Both the position numbers and the translations under genes were made by a program. A DNA stretch of 64,000 nucleotides from Phallusia mammillata. Taxonomy: Eukaryota. The stretch spans positions 10,044,001 to 10,108,000 of the forward strand of contig OZ281497.1 in assembly GCA_965637545.1 (NCBI GenBank), in the 5' to 3' direction. Of the stretch, positions 54,011 through 64,000 are shown piece by piece. The notes under the pieces are model-generated. The model did no database searches. It was not told where the DNA came from and saw nothing but the letters and a program-made list of their open reading frames with translations. How positions within the stretch are numbered: position 1 is the stretch's first letter; every line of letters begins with the position of its first letter.

Positions 54011-57000
54011 GTTTTCGCAAGCACTGGAGCAGTTTTTAGAATTTGACATCTCTCAATTTCGAGACGCAATCTGAACACATTTATGCTGACACAACTGTCT
54101 CGCAGTACGAATGATATGAAATAATAAAACCTAAAGAAATCCTTACTTGGCAACCGGGGCGATTTTACTTTGAAATTGAAATTTAGTCAACGCTGAAAAA
54201 ATGTGTAGAACTGTAACACAATTTAGTTCAAAGGAATATTCGTATCATACAGTTACTAACGATTCGTGCATTTGTTTAGTTTTCGGGGTTAATATTTCAT
54301 TGTTAATTTCGTATTCGTGTCAAATGGACGAAAGCTGGAAATACACAGAGGTATGCATAATTAATGAGGACACGTCTGGCAAAAGGTCTAGATTTTAACG
54401 AGACGTCCAACAGGCGGCCATCCACCTTTTAACACACGCAGGCCATACGTGCCACGTCATCTATTTACACACAGGGCAAATATCTCTTTCCGATTTTCGT
54501 GTAGAGGAAACGCGACAGTTTAGCCTCGTTTGGTACGTGAAACATTTGTCAATGTAAAGTATAAACATTTGTGAGTCTAAAACTAACCAAAATTTAACTT
54601 GACAAATTTATTTATCCATATGAGCCTCTAATTTCGTTACCACTTGTCATGTGGAATGTCGTAAAACTCACGAAAAAGATCAAGTAGTACGGCACAATTT
54701 AATGCCGAGTGCTTATCGGGTGAATTACCGTGACGACGTCCGTTCGAGATCCACTGTTGGCTCTCGAGTGAGCATTATGATGTCTGCTCGCCATTCCTCT
54801 TAAGTTTGTTTCTTTCCTTCTCTTTTACTGCTCCGCTCCGCGCGAAGACAACTTTCGGTCAGCCTATGTTGACGTTTAAAGGCCTTTCCCTTTTGGTCGT
54901 GGCAAATGCAATAAGCCTTCACCTAAACGGGATTTCGTCGGACTTTTAAATGACTTTACCGATAATCCGTTCGTGTTCTTGCGACATTTCCGTTCAGACA
55001 GCATAAATGGTTTGGTTCGACAAAATCAATATTATACGTCAAAACTGATAGTCCTGAACTGTAAATGTACAAAATCAAAACATAAGAAAGTGTTTAATGC
55101 TATCCCAGTTGTCACACAACTGGATGTTTGTGATTATTGTCACAATATTATACCAGTACAAAATAACTACTTTAAACTTTCTCATTACATGCGAAATAGC
55201 GAAACTATCTGAATTATTAATAAACTAACCAACAACAAATAAACTCAACTGCACTGCTTGGGTATTACGTGCTTAAAAATTAAAAGTAAAACTTTTTACT
55301 GTACATCGGCACATTTTGTCAAAGACTGGACTGTGTACAGCTAACTGATGCAGTAAAACCATCAAACACTGTTCTCAAACCATATGCTAAAGGCAAAAAA
55401 ACAACGATGATATAAGCAGACAATCTTTCCTGAAATATTGATACTGAAATAATCAGTCACTTGAAACCTGCTGTTAGTTTCGTAACAACAACGCCATTAT
55501 TTCATTGTAACGTCAAAATGCTTGAGCCATCGGGCAGAATGACATCACTACAACACTCTGTGTAATGTAAGCCGTTGCTCCTTTTTCTCACTGCACCTTT
55601 CTCTTCTCTGCTCCTCGCGCCTCTCTTTCTCTCGCTCGCCGTCGGTCGACTTCCTTTATTTCTTTTGCCAATCAATGGCCTGTCGACTTGCTACGTTTTT
55701 GCGCTGCCCCGGTACCGCCGCAATTTAACTTGTAAAGCAACGGGCGCTGTAATTAAGCTACACACCGTTAAAAGGCATCAAACGGCACAATTACGTAGGT
55801 TATTACCCCTCGATTTTAAAAGATACGTCATATTTTTGTTTTGTGCAGTTAATTCAACATCGTTGCGAACCAACACTTTTCATCTCAAAAAATGCAATAA
55901 GCTAACGACGAAGGCCAAGCGCTGCATAAATTATTAAAACCTGTCTGACAAATGTTGAACACGCATAAAACGACAAGTGGGACAAAGGCGCAATTGTTAT
56001 GCAAACAATCGTAATCTGACTCGAATCGTATGCTGTTCATTGATTGTATTTTATAGCTATCAAGACTGAAATAAACAGGCATGGTGAAATTGAAACGCAA
56101 TAGGCAAGACCGGACATTGAGCAACAAAGCCTCACAGCAGCACATACTTATTAGGATTATTTTTCACTCACTCAGCAATCCCTTTAACATTGGTAGATTT
56201 AAATCTTTTTGACTTCCTAATCACAACTGAATTAAAACCAGTGGCTCAAAAAATGACACATTGCGACGAAATCACCACACTGTGAAAGTAAAACCGTCAA
56301 CGAACATTACTGCATGTATGCGCATCCTTGTAAAACAGCTTTTTACAGCGCGTACTGCACTGTGGCAATAAATACGAATTGTAAACAAGGCTTGGACGTG
56401 GCACTTCTTTGCACTGTTCAGTGACGAACATTGTGTAGGCAGCAAACCGCAACTAAGCACCGCGTGCCAAAATTGCGCGCTTCAAGGATATATCCCACTT
56501 GGCGCTGGCGGCAATGCTGTCAGCTCCTGGCAGGAAGCGGCAAAAGGAAACAATGTCTTGAGATGGCCTAATGAATTGACGACAAACAAGTATTTTTTAC
56601 TATACCTTTGCGTTGCCGAACCTGGCTATTAGGTATTTGCTACTTGCTCTTCAACTAGAACACGAAAATTAAACCTTTCTATCACGATTTGCGTGGTGAC
56701 ATATCCTAAATGTCAAGCGTGGGGCATCATCGTAGTATATTTGTATTGCTTTTCATTCTACTGATGCCATATTTTATTACTCTAAAGCCAGAAGTAACTT
56801 CTAAACATTGATTTCAATTAACCACAAATTGTTGAAATGAATTTCTTACTGCCTACCAATCGTCCAGTTATTACACATTGAATATTGTCAAGCAACAAAG
56901 CGCCTACAACAAAACTGCCTGTATAGCAGATCTTTAAGCCGTCACAAATCGATACGTATTACACCAGACACAACTCTTTGTAATTTTAGGTGCAAGCAGA

Positions 57001-57247
57001 CAAACAAGAATGTCGCAATGTAATGGCGCAGTGCAGCACATAAAAACCCAGTCACCCACAGTGATTTCAAGCGTTTCGGTTACAAGAGTTATCAGCCAAG
57101 AAGCCACGTAAGTTAATTTGTTACATGGCCTTTGACCACCTTTTTGCGAAAGATGTCTATTTTGCGACCAAATAGTAGCCTACAAGCGTAAGGTCCAGAC
57201 CATTTAATCATTTCTTAAAATACATAAAACCACAACTTTATATATTG

Positions 57248-57267
57248 ACACACACACACACACACAC
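57248..57267. repeat. (AC)10 microsatellite
   Basis: Direct read. Confidence 0.9.
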
Positions 57268-60200
57268 CTATTGATTTACAATGAACGTTTAGTTACATCC
57301 CCTGGCAAAACACTCAATTCGGCGCATATTGTTAGCGAAGTGCTTTGAATTATTCATTTGGAAAACTTAAACCAATCTAAATCAAACATAACAGACCAAT
57401 ACATGAATTATAGATAATTTGATGTTTATCAACGTAAGTTGTAAAGGTTTATTCTGCCATAGGTTTGTGACATCCAGGTAGGTTTTTACAATATTAAATC
57501 CGATATAATTTTTCAAGAACGCCTACAAACAAAGTAATGCAACATAATTAAGTTAACACCCACAAATAGTATGCGATCAAAAACCACGTATTTTCCAAAT
57601 CATAACATTTGACAGCTTGCCTGTGAGACCTAGAATGCGCACGCAGAGCAATTCGTGGTCTCCTCGGGCCAAGCCTCTTTTGTTTCTTTATTATGCGCAG
57701 GAGCATCTCATTGAGTGCGCCGCGAGAGTGGCCCTCTTTTGTTACGCGATAATCTATCGACGAAAACTTAACCGCGTTGTGTAAATAAACGCTGGTCTTT
57801 GTAAGGCGTCAATTAAAATCGAGTCGGTAACTGGGCTGAAATCTCGGGTTTTGTTTTTAAACTCGAAGTCGCAAATCAGGATTTTCTGTGTGCGGTGTGT
57901 TCTCGTAAGTCCGCCATCAATAATGCATTGTGATTAATTGTATCCCTAATCCAGCAGTCAGAAAGGGAATCGCAAAATCACACACGTAGTCACATCGACA
58001 CTCATTAAACAGGCTGCTATTATCTTGACATAGTTCGTATTTGACACAATATATAAAATCGATGTCAAACAAACCTTTCTTTCAGTATTCTCATGAAAGA
58101 TGGTGCTATCGTTTTTCGCACACACCACTAACTGGAACAAAGCGGATATTTAACTGAATACAAACGCGAAGCAACTGCATACAAATACAACCTGAACAAA
58201 CACTGTAAGAAACAGCATCTAATCCCTTCAATGCGCTTTGTTTACATAACCCTTGTAACGTACTTTGTAATTTACTACTATTTGGCAAAACCGCGAAGCG
58301 AACAAGTCACGTTTCGCTACATACAATCGAAATTCGTGATGCAAAACCTAGCAAGTCTTTGCCAGGTCAGCGCTAGTCATTCATGATGCATAATGCCTAC
58401 AGTCATGCACAATGACTCCCAGCCTTCATGAAGCAGGCCCAGCTTGTGAAAATGGAACTTTGGGTTTTAACAAATGGTTACCTATAACGTTATAACTTTA
58501 GCGGTTTAGTAACAGATAATTTTCATGTCTTGGTTTTGTTGCGATTGATCTTTTACCAGAACGATGTAACTGATAACTCTGAATTCGGCTAACAAGGCTG
58601 TTTTGGTTCACGTTGATCAGTCAGAATGATAGGCTGATTTTTGAACACAATAATATACTAATGACATTTTTACACAAAAACGGCATCTATCCCCAGTGTG
58701 TTAACAAAAAATAAATTGTTGTTTAGAGTAAAATGTTACGATTCGTACCAATTATATAAACATGTTTAAATTATTTAGCCATTCAAATGATGTTTTACCC
58801 AAAAAATGTAATATTAAACTACCGGTATTTGATCAAACGCTTGACTTAGAAGTGGCAAACCAAGGCATTTATCGCAGTGTGCGCAAATTGAGTCGTAATC
58901 AAGTTTAGAATGTGTCCCATTGGTGAAAATCGATGACAACGGCAAATTAGGCGGAAGGCAACTCAGCGTGTAAGCAACGTCGATAAGACTTCGCTGCACT
59001 ATCGACAAGATTAACGTTGTTTGAACCGGCTGCCCTGGCGGTGTCCATAACAGCAGGCTGTTGGTGAACTATGAACCTCTGTGGCAGAGTTGCTGTCTGT
59101 GTGCCTTGTAGAATCAAGTCAATCAATACAGATGGCGAAGCAATTATACTTCGTCTTCTACCTCTTACGTGCACCAATTTCTTTTTAATGTGTACGTTGT
59201 ATGCAAAACTGGCATAAAATTGAAACTATAATAGTCGCTTTATGCCACAATGTTACTATTACTCCACATCACTGAATTGTATTGGAAAATGTACAAGAAA
59301 CGAATACGTTTATTTATTCCTAAGCAATATATCTTCATTTAGCGTAGACTTATTCAACGGTGTAGTTATGACAACAGACATTCCTCAATGAGTAACAGCA
59401 CGTCCGTTTGTTGTGAAACATTATCAGCACATATCAGGCAAACCGCGATGCGGAGCGGCAAACAATAATCTGTAAGTAAGCAAACATATGCCTTGCAACC
59501 AGCACCATCGTAACCTTTGTGGTGTACGAACTAAAACCGTTGTCTACAACTCCAGCAGATTTGTATTTCTGGTTAATATAAAGCAGGGTACAAGACAAAA
59601 CGCCAGGGCTCGCCTGCAAATAACGCCCAAACGCCTGCAAATAACGTCAGGGCTTTGAAGTATTATGTTGCTTTCACCTATTCTAGAAACTAAACCGTCA
59701 TTTTAACAGTAACATTATTCTAAAGCTAATCAATACAGACACACCTCTGACAGTTTACAAGCATAAAACTTTTACGGAATTTACAGAATTTTATAGATCA
59801 GTGTGTAAACAAAACCTACAACTTTCGTGTGGTAAACTTGGTTCTCTTGCTACATATTGTTGCGTTGTAGCAGAAGTGGCGGCGGCTTATTGCGCGCGAG
59901 TTTTTTTATTACCTGTGACACAACAATCACTCTAACAAACCAAATGTCTTGTTTGACTACGACAAAAGATCTACTTTTTGAACCATTTACAGTGGTTGAA
60001 AACTCGTGCTTCTGTTGGATTGTGAACGTTTGTGATTGCGACAGGTGGGTACAATTTTTCAGATTGTGTAACAAACCCGCGGGCATGGACTTCAACACGT
60101 GTTTGTGTAAAGCGGTTTTCTTTTCCAACCGTAAATGCTGGGTCGTCACAGTTGACTAAATAAGATGGCTCGTAAAAACTGGCTTTGACAAATTTGCTTC

Positions 60201-63200
60201 TTGCAAAGCTGTTAATTTTATCGCTCCGTTACTGTTCATGCGATAAAATGGGAAACTGTTTTTTAGGTCAAGTTCACTTCAGAAAGGAATGTGCATGCAC
60301 AGAATTCAAAATATCAGCAGTTAAGCCAATCATTCTGAAAAAGATAACATGGCGTGAAATGTCATTGAGGTATGCCGGACATGTCTATCCTACACTGTCA
60401 AACATAAATCACATTGAAAGTGAAATAACATGGTAAATTAAACCCATTTTTAGTCCTGAAAAAATGTACCTTTAGAGGATTAGAGACATTATCACTTTCC
60501 TCTTGTCCATACATAGATATAGTTTTATCGCCCGAATTCAGGACTTTGTGTTAACTGGGTGGTCACAAGGTTTTGAAACAACTGTTGACCTCGTTAGATC
60601 TGTCGATTGTTGACAACGCCTCTCCCGCACTGTCGCTTACAAAATCAATAGAGCGTGTCAAATTTCTTTTCCACTTTATGCGTCACTTGTACACTTTACG
60701 CCAATCTGTTTTATTTCTCTTTACCAGTGCTATAAAAATACACAAAAAGTCGGAAATTTTAACAGCGAGATTGGATACCCAGTTTTACCTTAAGTTTATG
60801 AATTGTTAATTCGGATTAGACTGTGATATTAGACAGAAAATCGTGCTGGTTTTTAGACTTGAAAATGTGATATTGCGTGTAGATCACCGCACCGAGATAA
60901 TGCCCAGATCCCCTGTGTTGTTCTGGCATACCGATGAAGAGAAAATCTTAACATAACTAAAATAAACACGGGCTGATATCAGATTACAGCGAGAAAACAC
61001 GCGGGCACCACGGACTTCAGCCTTCCGCCCTCCGTCGCTTCAAGTGTATTTCTTCTGCGAAAATGCGAAAACCGCAAAAGGCATTGTGCTTTGGCTCGTC
61101 CCGGGTCGTCAAGTGCGCTTACTGCGAATTTAAAATGCCTTATCTACAACATTTGGCGTTTGTTAAACAATGTTCTTTCAAACTCAATTTCAATTTAACA
61201 GTTGACCTTTGGGTCAATTGGCATGGCGTGTATATAATAAATCAATATTTATATCCGAAACCAAGGAATCAATACTAAATATTTCTTGTTTGTTTCTGTT
61301 TCACAAATGCGTAGTGCGGTAGATACCAAACTATATTGTTACATATCAATACAACAGACCTAATAACAGAGAAAAATATTGTGATATTTGCTAAATATTC
61401 TACGATTCGCTGCTTCAATGTAAACTGCGTTATGTTAGCAATATAACAAATAAACTTACGTTTGGCGCGTATTAAGATTACGGTTTATTGAATTTTTGCG
61501 CAGGGAAATCTGTAAACGAAAGAAACGGGTTTGCACAAAAGTATGTAACTCCCTCAGGACTTAACCAGTGGTTCGTAGCGGTTGGATAATTGTACAGACA
61601 ATTATTATGCATTTTACAAACACCCAATTATCTTCTTATGAACCTGCCAAAATTAACGCGCACCCACTTGTTTGTGAATGTTAGTCCGAATAAAAGCAAG
61701 TTAATTGGGACGACTTTGACCTTATACAGGATATGAAAGAGGCTGGACGAAATTATTGGCAAAAATATCGTGTTTTGAGGTGCGTTTAGCATTGTGTGTT
61801 TTGCTTATAAGCAAATACACTGCATACATAAGGAAACAGATTGAATTTCCAAGTTAAAGGTTTCAAGTTAAAAATTCGCATCAGAAAATGTCAAATAAAG
61901 AAGGTAATAAGGTCGTCGCCAGTGTTGCCCTACATAACGTGATAAATCCTTATTTCAGATTTCATCAATGTTTAATGAGAGGGCAATGAATTCCTGCGTC
62001 ATCGCTGATGGGGTAGACACGGCATGTTCGCGACGGCACCTCATTTGATTGTGACGGGTTTAGTGAAATACGACGGCCGTTTGGTGCAAAGATACTAATC
62101 ATCGGGTATGGACCCCTCGCATGGTTAATTTGTCGACTAAGCGGGTTGAGAGTGGGTCTGAAATCGATACACAGTTCTTCAATTGTTTGTCTTGGCACGT
62201 TGTGTGCGCCATTATCGGATTTCTGGAATTCGTTACAACAACGTGGCGTTTATGTTTTTTGGACTCCAGTAATTCTCGGCTAGAAATTTATTAGATTTAT
62301 GTTTGCGTTTTACAATAATTTAACTTGTAATCATAAAAAATAAACCGCCTTGTAAAAATAGCGAAACAGTCGTTTAGTTTGACCCAATAGAGCTATAACG
62401 TAATACAAATATTCAAAACGAATGTAAATCCTGAGCAAAATGATACAAGTCAGTTTTAAGTGTAAAACATCGCAACGTTTCGACAGCTCCTATTGTCATC
62501 GTCAGGCTTTCATTTATTCATACGAATAATCATTACGTCAATACCAAACAATAATTTTCTCCCAAAAAAATTAAACATTTAAAATAATCATCTTAATTCC
62601 CAGCACTCCAGGCGGTATTATTATGACATGTTTGGAGTTCACATATATATCAGAGATATGTTTCTGTTCTCAAGTGTCGAAGAAGGTTTCACTTTGCGGT
62701 AAAGCACTCCGCGTCCATATACTTGAGAGTGCTTTCAACTACTGTCGCAGTAATCTATAATCGCTGCGCAATTTTAAACCTACACCCAAGCTAGTGTAAA
62801 TAATTATAGCTATTTCGTGCCTGATAAAAGTGAAGTTTTCGTGAATATGCAAGTTTAATTTTGATATCTATCAAATTACATTAAATTTAACTACATATAT
62901 AAAATAATCGCTACATTGAGTATACTGTTTTTTTTTGTTTTGTTTTTTGTTAGTTTTCATTTTACTGAGTGATTTTTCTTTTAGTGTCAAGCATTTACTT
63001 GCCTAATTGTTGATGGAGGCTTATGCTATGCCACCAACACCTTATTTAAACAAGAGATTGCTTTGTTTACGCGGCGACATAAGTGTTCCTCGTGTAACGT
63101 AAAACCCGGTTAAGACAATTTATTAATTGTGGAAACGTGACTTGAATCTTTTGATTAACATTTGGTCGTTGGGGTCAAATACGTGTTTTGAATTAGAAGT

Positions 63201-64000
63201 CCTGTGTGTGTATAAAACACAACGATACTTTTCCGTGTTATCTGCATCTTAAAGATCATTTGCATTAACGCACTCTGCGCACTCATCTATAATTTATTGC
63301 GGCATTCAAAACACGGAATTATTTTTAAACCATCTCCACGCAATGAGCGTCGCGCTTTATCCCAGCTTTATCACAGGCGAGGTGGGGGCGCTATTAATCC
63401 GAGCAATAATTAATAGGCGGCATCAAAAAGCAACCTGAAATCCACGACTTCCAGGACGTGACGTCATCGGTTAACTCATAGCGTTGGTGTAACGAGTCAG
63501 ACCCTTTAAAGTGACTTTGGCCACCACCGAAGCGGGTGAATAGTTTTTCAGGTCGTTGCTGACTGGGACATGGAATTGTGACGTCATAGTGTAAACAGTT
63601 GTTTCCAAGAGGGATAAGCGCGGCGCGGCGACTTGATAAGAGCTTAATGTCGTTCTTGTGACATTTATTCGTCCTGTTAAATACCGCATCGCTTCGGTGT
63701 CAAGTTATAGCAGAATTTGACCTTTGGCAGCACGTTATAACACAAAGAGTGTTACAAGGAATTAACAACATTTTGACGTCTCATTCTGTGAAGTGACATA
63801 TTTTTACAAAGTTTGTCCGACAATTTTACAAACGTAACGGCGTAGAAAAGACGGAATAACTCTGTTCCACAATTTGCCGTTGAAGTTTTTAACCCATAGC
63901 GCTTGTACAGAGTACACATACAACCTATATTATGCGTCCAATCTGCAAGTAACATTAAACCACCGCTTGTGGGTGGTAACTTACTCACAATGTATTTATA

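Noticed and set aside
42398-59654. Short local duplications (~42398-42433, ~49163-49207, 59611-59646)
   Set aside because: Two-copy 15-19 bp slippage-type repeats with no further structure.
62701-62735. Hairpin AAAGCACTC/GAGTGCTTT as a miRNA
   Set aside because: The stem is only 9 bp with poor extension.

Overview
Animal genomic DNA, most consistent with an ascidian tunicate. This is an inference from the vertebrate-like protein sequences, compact introns, mosaic CpG depletion and abundant TGACGTCA. Five protein genes can be modelled by hand with in-frame splice junctions: the first three exons of DHX15 (- strand, running off the left edge), a single-exon USP36 (-), an 11-exon TAF7 (+), a 5-exon COMMD9 (+), and a large ARID5B-like BAH+ARID gene (-) with 11 coding exons over 21.5-52.1 kb and an unlocated first exon. 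USP36 and TAF7 are head-to-head around a short CpG-retaining island. USP36->DHX15 and TAF7->COMMD9 are closely spaced same-strand pairs that may be operons. Several non-autonomous hAT and pogo/Tigger-type DNA transposons lie in introns. The most unusual item is a 165-bp insert in TAF7 intron 9. It is flanked by a 12-bp duplication and folds into a ~42-bp rod capped by a minimal hammerhead ribozyme core on the - strand, like Penelope elements and retrozymes. TAF7 also has a clear U12-type intron. Most short ORFs in the supplied track are noise. All coordinates were read by eye and no searches were run.
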